Assembly: GCF_001677475.2 (NCBI RefSeq)
Contig: NZ_CP015229.1
DNA from: Escherichia coli
GTDB lineage: Bacteria; Pseudomonadota; Gammaproteobacteria; Enterobacterales; Enterobacteriaceae
Strand: one strand, 5' to 3'
Length of the DNA: 64,000 bases
The notes below the pieces were generated by a model. That model worked only from the letters and a program-made list of their open reading frames with translations. It made no database searches and was not told the DNA's origin. Shown one piece after another: positions 1 to 11,638 of this stretch. Position numbers and translations under genes: made by a program. Position 1 is the first letter of the stretch. Each line of letters begins with the position of its first letter.

Positions 1-31
1 CTTTCAGCAGAGAGGTGAGTTTGTTGAGCAC
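1..31 (-). CDS. rsmG: 16S rRNA m7G methyltransferase RsmG (GidB), first ~10 codons only; gene continues past window start
   Basis: Minus-strand reading from GTG at 29-31 gives VLNKLTSLLK, matching the RsmG N-terminus; lies directly downstream of mnmG as expected. Confidence 0.55.
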   Translation of the reverse strand, partial: MLNKLTSLLK

Positions 32-94
32 GGTGATTACCTGTTCTTGATGCGTTGCCCGGTAAGCGGGTGCTTACCAGGCATTTTTAATGCG

Positions 95-1984
95 TTATGC
101 GCTACGACGCAGCATACCCTGTTTTTTCAGCCACACCAGCAGAATGGAGATGGCCGCAGGCGTGACGCCAGAAATACGCGAAGCCTGGCCGATAGAGGCC
201 GGTTTGTGATCGTTAAGTTTGGCGATCACTTCGTTAGAAAGACCGGATACCTGGCGGTAATCCAGCGTCGCTGGTAGCAGGGTGTTCTCGTTACGCAGCT
301 GCTTTTCGATCTCATCTTGCTGGCGCGCGATATAACCTTCGTATTTAACCTGAATCTCAACCTGTTCAGCCGCCTGATCGTCTGTCAACGCAGGGGCAAA
401 CGGCGTCAGCGTGGTTAATTTTTCATAAGTCATTTCCGGACGACGCAGCAGATCTTCACCACTGGCTTCACGGGAAAGCGGCGCAGTCAGGTGAGCATTC
501 ACTTCGGCTGCAGCTTCCGCCGACGGGGTTACCCAAGTCGATTTCAGACGCTGACGCTCACGCTCGATATTCTCAAGTTTCTCGTTAAAGCGCGCCCAAC
601 GTTCGTCATCCACCAGGCCCAGTTCACGACCGATTTCAGTCAAACGCAGATCAGCATTATCTTCGCGCAGCATCAGACGATATTCTGCGCGCGAGGTAAA
701 CATACGATACGGTTCTTTGGTTCCTAAAGTGCACAGGTCATCAACCAGTACGCCGAGATACGCCTGAGAACGCGTCGGAGCCCAACCATCTTTGTCAGCA
801 GACAGACGGGCAGCGTTAAGACCGGCCAGCAAACCTTGCGCAGCGGCTTCTTCGTAACCGGTAGTGCCGTTAATCTGACCAGCAAAGAACAGCCCCTGGA
901 TAAACTTGCTCTCCAGCGTCGGTTTCAGGTCGCGTGGATCGAAGAAGTCATACTCAATGGCATAACCTGGACGCACGATCTTCGCGTTTTCCATCCCCTG
1001 CATGGAGCGGACGATTTGCATCTGCACATCGAACGGCAGGCTGGTGGAGATACCGTTCGGATAAATTTCGTTTGAGGTCAGCCCTTCCGGTTCAAGGAAG
1101 ATCTGATGTTGATTTCTGTCGGCGAAGCGCATGACTTTGTCTTCGATCGACGGGCAGTAGCGTGGGCCGACACCTTCGATCACCCCTGCATACATTGGGC
1201 TACGATCGAGGTTACTGCGGATCACATCATGGGTTTTCTCGTTGGTATGGGTGATATAACACGGCACCTGCTGTGGATGCTGGGATGCATTACCCATAAA
1301 CGAGAATACCGGCATTGGGTTATCGCCATGCTGTTGCGCCAGCACGCTGAAGTCGATAGTACGCGCATCAATACGCGGCGGTGTCCCGGTTTTCAGACGA
1401 CCAACGCGCAGCGGCAGTTCACGCAAACGGCGAGAGAGCGGAATGGACGGCGGATCACCAGCACGACCACCGCTGTAGTTATCCAGACCGATATGAATTT
1501 TACCGTCGAGGAACGTCCCAACGGTGAGCACGACGGCTTTGGCACGGAACTTCAGTCCCATTTGGGTAACAGCACCGACCACGCGATCGTTTTCGACAAT
1601 AAGATCTTCAACCGCCTGCTGGAAGATCATCAGGTTCGGTTGGTTCTCCAGCGCCGTACGTACCGCCTGCCGGTAGAGCACACGATCCGCCTGAGCACGG
1701 GTAGCGCGAACCGCTGGTCCCTTGCTTGCGTTTAGTATCCTAAACTGGATACCCGCCTGATCGATCGCTTTCGCCATCAGACCGCCGAGTGCATCCACTT
1801 CTTTTACCAGATGTCCCTTCCCAATACCGCCGATCGCCGGGTTGCAGCTCATCTGCCCCAGCGTGTCGATATTGTGTGTCAAAAGCAGAGTCTGTTGACC
1901 CATACGCGCCGCGGCCATCGCGGCCTCGGTGCCTGCATGACCCCCGCCAATGATGATGACGTCAAAAGGATCCGGATAAAACAT
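95..1984 (-). CDS. mnmG: tRNA uridine 5-carboxymethylaminomethyl modification enzyme MnmG (GidA)
   Basis: 629-aa [28 protein letters not shown]-binding N-terminus; length and sequence match MnmG; sits next to oriC. Confidence 0.95.
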   Translation of the reverse strand: MFYPDPFDVIIIGGGHAGTEAAMAAARMGQQTLLLTHNIDTLGQMSCNPAIGGIGKGHLVKEVDALGGLMAKAIDQAGIQFRILNASKGPAVRATRAQADRVLYRQAVRTALENQPNLMIFQQAVEDLIVENDRVVGAVTQMGLKFRAKAVVLTVGTFLDGKIHIGLDNYSGGRAGDPPSIPLSRRLRELPLRVGRLKTGTPPRIDARTIDFSVLAQQHGDNPMPVFSFMGNASQHPQQVPCYITHTNEKTHDVIRSNLDRSPMYAGVIEGVGPRYCPSIEDKVMRFADRNQHQIFLEPEGLTSNEIYPNGISTSLPFDVQMQIVRSMQGMENAKIVRPGYAIEYDFFDPRDLKPTLESKFIQGLFFAGQINGTTGYEEAAAQGLLAGLNAARLSADKDGWAPTRSQAYLGVLVDDLCTLGTKEPYRMFTSRAEYRLMLREDNADLRLTEIGRELGLVDDERWARFNEKLENIERERQRLKSTWVTPSAEAAAEVNAHLTAPLSREASGEDLLRRPEMTYEKLTTLTPFAPALTDDQAAEQVEIQVKYEGYIARQQDEIEKQLRNENTLLPATLDYRQVSGLSNEVIAKLNDHKPASIGQASRISGVTPAAISILLVWLKKQGMLRRSA

Positions 1985-2094
1985 GGTGATTGCCTCGCAT
2001 AACGCGGTATGAAAATGGATTGAAGCCCGGGCCGTGGATTCTACTCAACTTTGTCGGCTTGAGAAAGACCTGGGATCCTGGGTATTAAAAAGAA

Positions 2095-2138
2095 GATCTA
2101 TTTATTTAGAGATCTGTTCTATTGTGATCTCTTATTAG
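2095..2138. repeat. oriC DNA-unwinding element: three tandem 13-mers (GATCTATTTATTT, GATCTGTTCTATT, GATCTCTTATTAG)
   Basis: Three GATCTnTTnTTTT-type 13-mers read directly at 2095-2107, 2111-2123, 2126-2138. Confidence 0.85.
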
Positions 2139-2151
2139 GATCGCACTGCCC

Positions 2152-2160
2152 TGTGGATAA
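2152..2160. promoter_or_regulatory. DnaA box R1 (TGTGGATAA)
   Basis: Exact 9-mer DnaA consensus (TTATCCACA on the opposite strand) immediately right of the 13-mers. Confidence 0.85.
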
Positions 2161-2331
2161 CAAGGATCCGGCTTTTAAGATCAACAACCTGGAAAGGATC
2201 ATTAACTGTGAATGATCGGTGATCCTGGACCGTATAAGCTGGGATCAGAATGAGGGGTTATACACAACTCAAAAACTGAACAACGGTTTTTCTTTGGATA
2301 ACTACCGGTTGATCCAAGCTTCCTGACAGAG

Positions 2332-2340
2332 TTATCCACA
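2332..2340. promoter_or_regulatory. DnaA box R4 (TTATCCACA)
   Basis: Exact DnaA consensus 9-mer at the right edge of oriC; further box-like 9-mers at about 2258-2266 and 2293-2301. Confidence 0.8.
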
Positions 2341-2362
2341 GTAGATCGCACGATCTGTATAC

Positions 2363-2806
2363 TTATTTGAGTAAATTAATCCACGATCCTAGCCATTCTT
2401 CTGCCGGATCTTCCGGAATGTCGTGATCAAGAATGTTGATCTTCAGTGTTTCGCCTGTCTGTTTTGCACCGGAATTTTTGAGTTCTGCCTCGAGTTTATC
2501 GATAGCCCCACAAAAGGTGTCATATTCACGACTACCAATACCGATTGCGCCAAAGCGGACCGCAGAAAGATCGGGCTTCTGTTCCTGCAATGCTTCATAG
2601 AAAGGAGAAAGGTTGTCCGGAATATCTCCGGCACCGTGGGTTGAGCTGATAACCAGCCAGATCCCAGAGGCAGATAAATCTTCCAACAGCGGACCGTGCA
2701 GCGTTTCGGTGGTAAAACCCGCCTCTTCCAGTTTTTCAGCCAGGTGTTCTGCTACATATTCGGCACCGCCGAGGGTGCTGCCGCTGATAAGAGTGATATC
2801 TGCCAT
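2363..2806 (-). CDS. mioC: FMN-binding flavodoxin-like protein MioC
   Basis: 147-aa ORF MADITLISGSTLGGAEYVAEHLAEKL; transcribed toward oriC as known for mioC. Confidence 0.93.
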   Translation of the reverse strand: MADITLISGSTLGGAEYVAEHLAEKLEEAGFTTETLHGPLLEDLSASGIWLVISSTHGAGDIPDNLSPFYEALQEQKPDLSAVRFGAIGIGSREYDTFCGAIDKLEAELKNSGAKQTGETLKINILDHDIPEDPAEEWLGSWINLLK

Positions 2807-2895
2807 AAACCGCCACCTTTATTAAGAGTGGCGTATTGTACGCTGTGAACGCGTTGGGATCTACCTGTGGAAAAGTATGGGATTAAAAAAGCCGA

Positions 2896-3354
2896 TCAGG
2901 GCTTGATGGTACGCATGATCGGGTTCTGCAGGACGATCAATGTCTCGGTGGACTGAATTTCATCAATTGTTTGGATCTTGTTGATAAGTACATGCTGGAG
3001 AGCATCGATCGAACGGCACATTACTTTGATAAAGATGCTGTAGTGGCCAGTTGTGTAATAGGCTTCAGTGACTTCATCGAGGCTTTCCAGCTTTGCCAGC
3101 GCGGAAGGATAGTCTTTGGCGCTCTTTAATATAATGCCGATAAAGCAGCCTACGTCATAACCGAGCTGCTTCGGGCTGACATCAATACGCGCCCCGGTAA
3201 TGATCCCCGCCTGCTTCATTTTCTCTACTCGAACGTGAATCGTCCCCGGACTGACGCCAAATTGTTTCGCCAGTTCAGCGTAAGCGGTGCGCGCATTGCC
3301 CATTAATGCTTCCAGGATGCCACGGTCCAGATTGTCGATCAGATAATTTTCCAT
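2896..3354 (-). CDS. asnC: Lrp/AsnC-family transcriptional regulator AsnC
   Basis: 152-aa ORF MENYLIDNLDRGILEALMGNARTAYAELAKQFGVSPGTIHVRVEKM; divergent from asnA. Confidence 0.93.
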   Translation of the reverse strand: MENYLIDNLDRGILEALMGNARTAYAELAKQFGVSPGTIHVRVEKMKQAGIITGARIDVSPKQLGYDVGCFIGIILKSAKDYPSALAKLESLDEVTEAYYTTGHYSIFIKVMCRSIDALQHVLINKIQTIDEIQSTETLIVLQNPIMRTIKP

Positions 3355-3505
3355 AGGATTTTCTTATGCGGATTGATGATTCATTCTATTTTAGCCTTCT
3401 TTTTTAATGAATCAAAAGTGAGTTAGGCTTTTTATTGAATGATTATTGCATGTGTGTCGGTTTTTGTTGCTTAATCATAAGCAACAGGACGCAGGAGTAT
3501 AAAAA

Positions 3506-4498
3506 ATGAAAACCGCTTACATTGCCAAACAACGCCAAATTAGCTTCGTGAAATCTCACTTTTCTCGTCAACTGGAAGAACGTCTGGGGCTGATCGAAGT
3601 CCAGGCGCCGATTCTTAGCCGTGTGGGGGATGGCACGCAGGATAACTTGTCGGGCTGTGAAAAAGCGGTACAGGTAAAAGTGAAAGCTCTGCCTGATGCC
3701 CAGTTCGAAGTGGTTCATTCACTGGCGAAGTGGAAACGTCAGACCTTAGGGCAACACGACTTCAGCGCGGGCGAAGGGCTGTACACGCACATGAAAGCCC
3801 TTCGCCCCGATGAAGACCGTCTTTCTCCGTTGCACTCGGTCTATGTAGACCAGTGGGACTGGGAACGCGTAATGGGCGACGGCGAGCGTCAATTCTCGAC
3901 TCTGAAAAGCACGGTAGAGGCGATCTGGGCGGGAATTAAAGCAACCGAAGCTGCGGTTAGCGAAGAGTTTGGCCTGGCACCGTTCCTGCCGGATCAGATC
4001 CACTTCGTACACAGCCAGGAGTTACTGTCTCGTTATCCGGATCTCGATGCCAAAGGGCGTGAGCGGGCGATTGCGAAAGATCTAGGCGCGGTATTCCTCG
4101 TCGGGATTGGCGGCAAGTTGAGTGATGGTCATCGTCACGACGTGCGCGCACCGGATTATGATGACTGGAGCACCCCGTCAGAGCTGGGCCATGCGGGTCT
4201 GAACGGCGATATTCTGGTATGGAACCCGGTACTGGAAGATGCGTTTGAGCTTTCTTCCATGGGGATCCGCGTGGATGCCGACACGCTGAAGCATCAGCTG
4301 GCGCTGACCGGTGACGAAGATCGCCTGGAGCTGGAGTGGCATCAGGCGCTGCTGCGCGGTGAAATGCCGCAGACCATCGGCGGCGGTATCGGGCAGTCTC
4401 GTTTGACCATGCTGCTGCTGCAACTGCCACATATCGGCCAGGTTCAGTGTGGTGTATGGCCGGCAGCTGTTCGCGAGAGCGTCCCTTCTCTGCTGTAA
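3506..4498 (+). CDS. asnA: Aspartate-ammonia ligase (asparagine synthetase A)
   Basis: 330-aa [41 protein letters not shown]; ATG at 3506 preceded by AGGAG. Confidence 0.95.
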
Positions 4499-4502
4499 TA
4501 AT

Positions 4503-5954
4503 TTATCGCCGCCAGCGTCTGAGCAGGCGGCTTCGCATCCCGGTATCAAAGCGCCAGATATGATCGAAAATGCGCATGATGCCGGGTTTGCCATGTGCCG
4601 ACATCGCCACGGCATGAAAGCGATGCTGATGTACCCGCTGCAACTCTTTCACTTTGCTCGTCACGTCGTCAGGCAACCGCTGGGCGATAAAATCAGAAAT
4701 CACCACCGCATCGGCATCAAACCATTCCCGGCTTTGCAAGCGTTCCATAATGGCGCGAAAACAACTGGCCAGATCGGTGCCGCCACGAAACTGCTGGCTT
4801 AAAAAACGGATTGCTTGTTCGATGCCTTGTGGGCCTGAAAGCTCATAACGGACGATCTCGGTGGAAAATAACATAATATAGCAGCGCCGGTTTTCAGCGA
4901 GAGCAATGCGCATCAAGGCCAGGCAGAACGCTTTCGCACACTGTTCATTAAAGCCGCCCATTGAGCCGGAAGTATCCACACAGACAATAAACGGTCCGCG
5001 CGGCTGTTCGTCGTAATCTTTATGCACCACCGGGCGTTCGATCACTTTTTCTCGCCACGACTCACCGTGCAGGCGATAGGTGAGCAACTGTTTTTCCACC
5101 AGCCGACGGTAAAACTCATACTCCAGTTCTGTTATCCCTAGTGTCGCCAGTTCTGGCGGCAGGAGACGTAAAATATCATCGCTTTGTTGCAGACCATCAA
5201 CCTGCTCAGGAACCGTCGCCGGTTCGCGCACCAGGGTGCGGAAGGTTTCCATCTGCGCATCGTTGCGCGGTATTGATTTGGCTTCCCGGGAACGCCCCAG
5301 CTGTTCTGCCAGGCGTTTCAGTTCCGGCTGTTCGTTAAGAAATTCACCGTATTTCACAATCAACTGATAGTCGCCGCGTTTAAGCTGACCGGCGCTCATA
5401 TCCCACAGACGACCAGCTGCGGTATTGTTATCTGCGAGAATGGGTTCAAGTTGCCCGCTCAGCGTCATGCGTTCCTGAACTTCACTCAACAGTTGTTCGC
5501 GTTCTTCTTCTAATAGCTGCTGATTTAGCGTCGTTGCTTGCACGATCAGACTTAAACGCCAGCGCTGGAGAAAAAGCGTGTGTAACGCTGAAGTGATCGT
5601 ACTGTTAGCATCAACCAACTGTCGGGCTTGTTCTGCCCATGGAGAATTCAGACGATGCAGTAAGTCCAGGATCTGTGGTAGCTGCACAATAAACTGCGGC
5701 GTGGAGAGGAGCTGGCTTTGCTGATAGCACATCACCTCTTCGGTGAGTTCCGGCGGGACTCGGGCATCTTTCAGCCGACTGCGCAGTGCCTCACGCCAGC
5801 GGGGAACATCATCAGTGATTGCCGCCTTCAGTCGTGGGAATTTTTCAAAGAAGACTGCCAGCTGCGGTGAGGCCAGCAGCGCGATGATCATCTCTTCGAT
5901 CAATCCCTCTTCGCTGACGGCCAGCATCACATTAAGCGTATCCAGCGTTAGCAT
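4503..5954 (-). CDS. viaA: VWA-domain protein ViaA (YieM), partner of RavA
   Basis: 483-aa ORF; VWA-like motif region ([13 protein letters not shown]); start overlaps ravA stop by 7 nt. Confidence 0.92.
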   Translation of the reverse strand: MLTLDTLNVMLAVSEEGLIEEMIIALLASPQLAVFFEKFPRLKAAITDDVPRWREALRSRLKDARVPPELTEEVMCYQQSQLLSTPQFIVQLPQILDLLHRLNSPWAEQARQLVDANSTITSALHTLFLQRWRLSLIVQATTLNQQLLEEEREQLLSEVQERMTLSGQLEPILADNNTAAGRLWDMSAGQLKRGDYQLIVKYGEFLNEQPELKRLAEQLGRSREAKSIPRNDAQMETFRTLVREPATVPEQVDGLQQSDDILRLLPPELATLGITELEYEFYRRLVEKQLLTYRLHGESWREKVIERPVVHKDYDEQPRGPFIVCVDTSGSMGGFNEQCAKAFCLALMRIALAENRRCYIMLFSTEIVRYELSGPQGIEQAIRFLSQQFRGGTDLASCFRAIMERLQSREWFDADAVVISDFIAQRLPDDVTSKVKELQRVHQHRFHAVAMSAHGKPGIMRIFDHIWRFDTGMRSRLLRRWRR

Positions 5955-7444
5955 TGTTGTGCCTGGCGAATCTGTGCACCGACATCCTGTAGGCTGGCTT
6001 CAATGCGACCTAACCAGTCGCCAGGGATAAACAGACATTTTTGCTGTTCGCTGAATAAAGCGTGTTGCTTGCGCCAGTCGCTTTCAAGCTCTTCCAGTTG
6101 TTGTTTTATTTCACCTGGCAGACCTTCAGCCGATGAACCGGGAAGTGCCAGCGTACTGCCTTGTAAACTTACATCGCGTACAACAAGATGTTGGGCGCTA
6201 TCAACTTCCAGATTCAGTTTCTGGGCAAAGCCGATACCGTTTAGTTTGCCGCGAATTTCACCACCTTTACTCAGCCACTGTTCCAGCGCGCTACGCTCAA
6301 AGGAGATATGAACCACTTCCATATCATGCAGTTTTAACGGTTTTTGCAGCAGCAGAGTCAGAGTGGAAGCAGTAACGTTAACAGGGAGTTGATACTGCTG
6401 ACGACGGCTGAAAATGCCGCCCAGACGAATTACCGTTAAGGCTGTTTTATCGCTTTGTTGCTGCTGTAGTTGCAGGTGACGTTGCACAATCGCGCCCAGG
6501 CGGGTCAACATCCCTTGCTGTTGCCAGGCATGACCGGTCATCAATACATCAATTTGTTGTTGTATCAAATTCAGGCTTTGCGCGTCATACCACAGGCAAT
6601 CTTTCAGCAAAATGAGATCTACCGGGGCAACAGCACTGCGACCGCTAAAAAAGGCGCTGGCCTGCAATAATCGGATCGCTTTTTTCCAGCGACGATCCGA
6701 GACATAAGGCGCATCCGGTAATTTATCCAGTTGCTGGCGCAGCATAAAAATCAGCTCAAATACATGATCGGGCAGCGTAATTTCACCAATCTCTTTCTGC
6801 CAGCGTTCATATTCTTCATCTGTGACCTGCAAGGCATCAGGAACCGGATTGTCGTTTTCATCCTGTTGACTGGTCAGCATGGAGCGGAAATTCGCTTTAT
6901 CCTGCACTTTATCTAACCACAGACGAATCAGCATGCGGTCATATAACGCTTCCAGACTGCTGTCTGCTTCCGGCAGCTCGTTGGAGGCCGCCACCAGTAG
7001 ACGCATCGGGATTTTTTCTACGTGTGCACCGTTGCGGAACTGGCGCTCGTTAATGGCGGTGAGCAAGGTATTAAGAATTGCCGGGCCCGCTTTCCAGATC
7101 TCATCCAGAAAGACGATTTCTGCTTCCGGCAGGTAACCGTTGGTTAAACGTTCATAGCGCCCTTCATCTTTTAGCGCCTGAATAGAAAGGGGACCAAAAA
7201 CTTCTTCCGGCGTGGAGAAGCGGGTCATCAGATATTCAAACGCGCGGGCATTCTGAAAGGCGAATTTTAAGCGCCGGGCGATCAAACTTTTGGCAATACC
7301 TGGCGGGCCAAGGAGGAACACACTTTCACCACTTAATGCCGCTAATAAACACAAGCGGATGGCGTGGCTACGTTCATAAAGCCCCTTTTCCAACGAACTG
7401 CTCAGGCGGGAAATTCTTTCCGCTAATAAATGAGGGTGAGCCAT
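5948..7444 (-). CDS. ravA: MoxR-family AAA+ ATPase RavA (YieN)
   Basis: ORF-track 506 aa; canonical 498-aa start [14 protein letters not shown] at ATG 7442-7444; Walker A GPPGIAKS. Confidence 0.92.
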   Translation of the reverse strand: MAHPHLLAERISRLSSSLEKGLYERSHAIRLCLLAALSGESVFLLGPPGIAKSLIARRLKFAFQNARAFEYLMTRFSTPEEVFGPLSIQALKDEGRYERLTNGYLPEAEIVFLDEIWKAGPAILNTLLTAINERQFRNGAHVEKIPMRLLVAASNELPEADSSLEALYDRMLIRLWLDKVQDKANFRSMLTSQQDENDNPVPDALQVTDEEYERWQKEIGEITLPDHVFELIFMLRQQLDKLPDAPYVSDRRWKKAIRLLQASAFFSGRSAVAPVDLILLKDCLWYDAQSLNLIQQQIDVLMTGHAWQQQGMLTRLGAIVQRHLQLQQQQSDKTALTVIRLGGIFSRRQQYQLPVNVTASTLTLLLQKPLKLHDMEVVHISFERSALEQWLSKGGEIRGKLNGIGFAQKLNLEVDSAQHLVVRDVSLQGSTLALPGSSAEGLPGEIKQQLEELESDWRKQHALFSEQQKCLFIPGDWLGRIEASLQDVGAQIRQAQQC

Positions 7445-7666
7445 AATGAAGTGGCGTCCTTTCGTCAAAAGTTCTGCGTAAATTGCGAGTATAGACGTTT
7501 CTTGCTGGTGGCTAAAATAGTCTCAAAGGGGGGGCATTTTTCTTTGAGCCAGGTTAATGTGGCCGCATTTAGGAGTACGATTTTGCCGTTAATCGTGCAT
7601 ACTGTGCGCTTTTTTGTGGGCCAAGGGACTAAGCACACATTTCATATTTCAACGAAAGACTAGTCT

Positions 7667-9535
7667 ATGAGCACTGATAATAAGCAATCATTGCCCGCGA
7701 TTACCCTCGCGGCGATTGGAGTTGTCTACGGCGATATTGGTACCAGCCCGTTATATACACTTCGTGAATGTTTGTCCGGCCAGTTTGGTTTTGGCGTTGA
7801 ACGCGATGCCGTGTTTGGCTTTTTATCGCTGATCTTCTGGCTGCTAATCTTTGTGGTTTCCATTAAATATCTCACCTTCGTGATGCGGGCAGATAACGCC
7901 GGTGAAGGGGGGATCCTGACGTTGATGTCGCTTGCCGGGCGTAATACGTCGGCGCGAACCACATCAATGCTGGTGATTATGGGGTTAATCGGCGGCAGCT
8001 TTTTCTATGGTGAAGTCGTCATAACACCCGCTATTTCGGTGATGTCAGCCATTGAAGGTCTGGAAATCGTCGCCCCGCAGCTGGATACCTGGATAGTTCC
8101 CCTCTCAATTATCGTTCTCACTTTATTATTTATGATTCAAAAGCATGGCACGGCTATGGTCGGTAAGCTGTTTGCGCCGATCATGCTGACCTGGTTTTTG
8201 ATTCTGGCAGGACTGGGATTACGTAGCATTATTGCTAACCCGGAAGTGCTGCATGCGTTGAATCCGATGTGGGCGGTGCATTTCTTCCTTGAATACAAAA
8301 CGGTTTCTTTTATTGCATTAGGGGCAGTGGTGCTGTCGATTACGGGGGTCGAGGCGCTGTATGCTGATATGGGGCACTTTGGTAAGTTCCCTATTCGCCT
8401 GGCGTGGTTCACCGTCGTATTACCTTCCTTGACCCTTAATTACTTCGGTCAGGGAGCGTTGTTGTTAAAGAACCCGGAAGCGATTAAGAACCCGTTCTTC
8501 CTGTTGGCACCGGACTGGGCGCTGATCCCGCTGCTGATCATCGCCGCACTGGCAACGGTAATTGCCTCGCAGGCGGTTATCTCTGGCGTCTTCTCATTGA
8601 CGCGTCAGGCGGTACGTCTGGGATATTTGTCGCCGATGCGCATTATTCACACCTCCGAAATGGAGTCAGGGCAAATCTATATTCCGTTTGTGAACTGGAT
8701 GCTCTATGTCGCGGTCGTGATTGTGATTGTCAGCTTTGAGCACTCCAGCAACCTGGCGGCGGCGTACGGGATTGCGGTGACCGGAACCATGGTGCTGACG
8801 TCTATTCTCTCGACTACCGTGGCACGTCAGAACTGGCACTGGAATAAGTATTTTGTTGCGCTGATCCTGATTGCTTTCCTTTGTGTCGATATTCCATTGT
8901 TCACCGCTAACCTCGATAAACTGCTCTCCGGCGGCTGGTTGCCATTGAGCCTCGGTACGGTGATGTTTATCGTGATGACCACCTGGAAGAGCGAGCGTTT
9001 CCGCTTGCTGCGGCGGATGCATGAACATGGTAACTCTCTGGAAGCGATGATTGCTTCGCTGGAGAAATCACCGCCCGTTCGCGTGCCCGGGACCGCAGTG
9101 TATATGTCGCGTGCAATCAACGTCATTCCCTTTGCGCTGATGCATAACCTTAAACATAACAAGGTATTGCATGAGCGGGTGATTCTGTTAACTCTGCGCA
9201 CCGAAGACGCGCCATATGTCCATAACGTCCGTCGGGTACAGATTGAACAACTGTCGCCCACTTTCTGGCGCGTGGTGGCAAGTTATGGTTGGCGAGAAAC
9301 GCCAAACGTGGAAGAAGTATTCCACCGCTGCGGTCTGGAAGGATTAAGTTGCCGGATGATGGAAACCTCCTTCTTTATGTCGCATGAGTCGTTGATCCTC
9401 GGCAAACGCCCGTGGTATTTGCGTCTGCGCGGTAAGCTGTACTTGCTGTTGCAACGTAATGCGCTGCGTGCGCCGGATCAATTTGAAATCCCGCCAAACA
9501 GGGTTATCGAACTGGGTACTCAGGTCGAAATCTAA
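7667..9535 (+). CDS. kup: Low-affinity K+ uptake transporter Kup (TrkD)
   Basis: 622-aa [34 protein letters not shown], multi-pass membrane protein. Confidence 0.95.
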
Positions 9536-9541
9536 CGCCAG

Positions 9542-9577
9542 ACGCCTCCTTTCTCCATAAGGGGGCGTTTTTGTTTT
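9542..9577 (+). terminator. Intrinsic terminator downstream of kup
   Basis: 8-bp GC-rich stem ACGCCTCC/GGGGGCGT followed by TTTTTGTTTT, directly after the kup stop. Confidence 0.75.
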
Positions 9578-9670
9578 CATGGTTAATCACCATGTAAAAC
9601 GTTTCGAGGTTGATCACATTTCCGTAACGTCACGATGGTTTTCCCAACTCAGTCAGGATTAAACTGCGGG

Positions 9671-9690
9671 TCAGCGAAACGTTTCGCTGA
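9671..9690. promoter_or_regulatory. RbsR operator (perfect 20-bp palindrome TCAGCGAAAC|GTTTCGCTGA) at the rbs promoter
   Basis: Perfect inverted repeat read directly from sequence just upstream of the rbsD start; matches the LacI/GalR-type half-site expected for RbsR. Confidence 0.8.
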
Positions 9691-9701
9691 TGGAGAAAAA
9701 A

Positions 9702-10121
9702 ATGAAAAAAGGCACCGTTCTTAATTCTGATATTTCATCGGTGATCTCCCGACTGGGACATACCGATACGCTGGTGGTGTGTGATGCAGGTTTACCCATC
9801 CCCAAAAGTACAACGCGTATCGATATGGCATTAACCCAGGGTGTACCTTCTTTTATGCAGGTGCTGGGCGTCGTCACAAATGAAATGCAGGTCGAGGCAG
9901 CCATTATCGCGGAAGAGATCAAACAACATAATCCGCAACTCCACGAAACGTTGCTCACTCACCTTGAGCAGCTGCAAAAACACCAGGGAAATACCATTGA
10001 AATTCGTTACACCACGCATGAACAATTCAAACAACAAACCGCAGAAAGTCAGGCGGTAATTCGCAGCGGAGAATGTTCTCCGTATGCGAATATCATTCTC
10101 TGTGCTGGCGTGACGTTCTGA
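9702..10121 (+). CDS. rbsD: D-ribose pyranase RbsD
   Basis: 139-aa [34 protein letters not shown] from ATG 9702 (GGAG 6 nt upstream); ORF track starts 4 codons earlier. Confidence 0.93.
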   Translation: MKKGTVLNSDISSVISRLGHTDTLVVCDAGLPIPKSTTRIDMALTQGVPSFMQVLGVVTNEMQVEAAIIAEEIKQHNPQLHETLLTHLEQLQKHQGNTIEIRYTTHEQFKQQTAESQAVIRSGECSPYANIILCAGVTF

Positions 10122-10128
10122 GGCCGTC

Positions 10129-11634
10129 ATGGAAGCATTACTTCAGCTTAAAGGCATCGATAAAGCCTTCCCGGGCGTAAAAGCCCTCTCGGGTGCAGCG
10201 TTAAATGTCTATCCTGGCCGCGTGATGGCGCTGGTGGGCGAAAACGGTGCGGGTAAATCCACCATGATGAAAGTGCTTACGGGTATCTATACTCGCGATG
10301 CCGGTACGCTTTTATGGCTGGGGAAAGAAACGACGTTTACCGGGCCGAAATCTTCCCAGGAAGCCGGGATTGGGATTATCCATCAGGAACTGAACCTGAT
10401 CCCGCAGTTGACCATTGCCGAAAACATTTTCCTCGGTCGTGAGTTTGTTAATCGCTTTGGCAAAATTGACTGGAAAACCATGTATGCCGAAGCGGATAAA
10501 TTGCTGGCTAAACTTAACCTGCGCTTTAAAAGCGACAAGCTGGTGGGCGATCTTTCCATCGGTGACCAGCAAATGGTTGAAATTGCCAAAGTGCTGAGCT
10601 TTGAGTCGAAAGTCATCATTATGGATGAACCGACCGATGCGCTGACCGATACCGAAACCGAATCCTTGTTCCGCGTCATCCGCGAGCTGAAATCGCAAGG
10701 CCGCGGTATTGTCTATATTTCCCACCGCATGAAAGAAATCTTCGAGATTTGCGATGACGTTACCGTTTTTCGTGATGGGCAATTTATTGCTGAGCGTGAA
10801 GTAGCATCACTGACCGAAGATTCGCTGATTGAGATGATGGTGGGCCGCAAGCTGGAAGATCAATATCCGCACCTGGACAAAGCGCCAGGAGATATTCGCC
10901 TGAAAGTCGATAATCTCTGCGGACCTGGCGTTAACGATGTCTCTTTTATTTTACGCAAAGGCGAAATTCTTGGCGTCTCTGGTTTGATGGGCGCAGGTCG
11001 TACCGAACTGATGAAAGTGCTCTACGGCGCACTGCCGCGCACCAGCGGTTACGTCACCCTGGATGGGCATGAAGTTGTTACCCGTTCACCGCAGGATGGC
11101 CTGGCAAACGGCATTGTGTATATCTCCGAAGACCGTAAACGCGACGGTTTGGTGCTGGGCATGTCAGTAAAAGAGAATATGTCGCTGACCGCGCTGCGCT
11201 ACTTCAGCCGTACTGGTGGCAGTTTGAAGCATGCCGATGAACAGCAGGCAGTAAGTGATTTCATTCGTCTGTTTAATGTGAAAACGCCGTCGATGGAACA
11301 GGCAATTGGTCTGCTTTCCGGTGGCAATCAGCAAAAAGTGGCGATTGCCCGTGGTCTGATGACACGCCCCAAAGTGTTGATCCTCGATGAGCCTACCCGT
11401 GGCGTAGATGTCGGCGCGAAAAAAGAGATCTATCAACTGATTAACCAGTTCAAAGCCGATGGCTTGAGCATCATTCTGGTGTCATCGGAGATGCCAGAAG
11501 TATTAGGCATGAGCGATCGCATCATCGTCATGCATGAAGGGCATCTCAGCGGGGAATTTACTCGTGAGCAGGCCACCCAGGAAGTGTTAATGGCTGCCGC
11601 TGTGGGCAAGCTTAATCGCGTGAATCAGGAGTAA
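10129..11634 (+). CDS. rbsA: Ribose ABC transporter ATP-binding protein RbsA (duplicated ABC domains)
   Basis: 501-aa ORF with two Walker A motifs ([18 protein letters not shown]). Confidence 0.95.
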   Translation: MEALLQLKGIDKAFPGVKALSGAALNVYPGRVMALVGENGAGKSTMMKVLTGIYTRDAGTLLWLGKETTFTGPKSSQEAGIGIIHQELNLIPQLTIAENIFLGREFVNRFGKIDWKTMYAEADKLLAKLNLRFKSDKLVGDLSIGDQQMVEIAKVLSFESKVIIMDEPTDALTDTETESLFRVIRELKSQGRGIVYISHRMKEIFEICDDVTVFRDGQFIAEREVASLTEDSLIEMMVGRKLEDQYPHLDKAPGDIRLKVDNLCGPGVNDVSFILRKGEILGVSGLMGAGRTELMKVLYGALPRTSGYVTLDGHEVVTRSPQDGLANGIVYISEDRKRDGLVLGMSVKENMSLTALRYFSRTGGSLKHADEQQAVSDFIRLFNVKTPSMEQAIGLLSGGNQQKVAIARGLMTRPKVLILDEPTRGVDVGAKKEIYQLINQFKADGLSIILVSSEMPEVLGMSDRIIVMHEGHLSGEFTREQATQEVLMAAAVGKLNRVNQE

Positions 11635-11638
11635 AAAA

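Larger units (their letters stand above)
2073..2349. other. oriC: Chromosomal replication origin oriC
   Basis: Between mnmG and mioC; dense GATC sites, three AT-rich 13-mers, DnaA 9-mer boxes (TGTGGATAA at 2152-2160, TTATCCACA at 2332-2340); begins at the GGATCC site at 2073. Confidence 0.9.

Noticed and set aside
1106-1735. 209-aa plus-strand ORF antisense to mnmG
   Set aside because: Lies entirely inside the well-supported mnmG gene on the opposite strand; no SD and no recognisable protein features. The same reasoning applies to other long antisense ORFs (34218-34898 in ilvC, 36862-37377 and 38287-38832 in rep, 40828-41376 in rhlB, 47921-48661 in wecC, 51471-52109 in wecE, 60937-61689 in aslA).
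7430-7663. 77-aa plus-strand ORF in the ravA-kup intergenic region
   Set aside because: Starts inside the ravA 5' end, spans the divergent promoter region and ends 4 nt before kup; no SD and low-complexity composition. Regarded as spurious.
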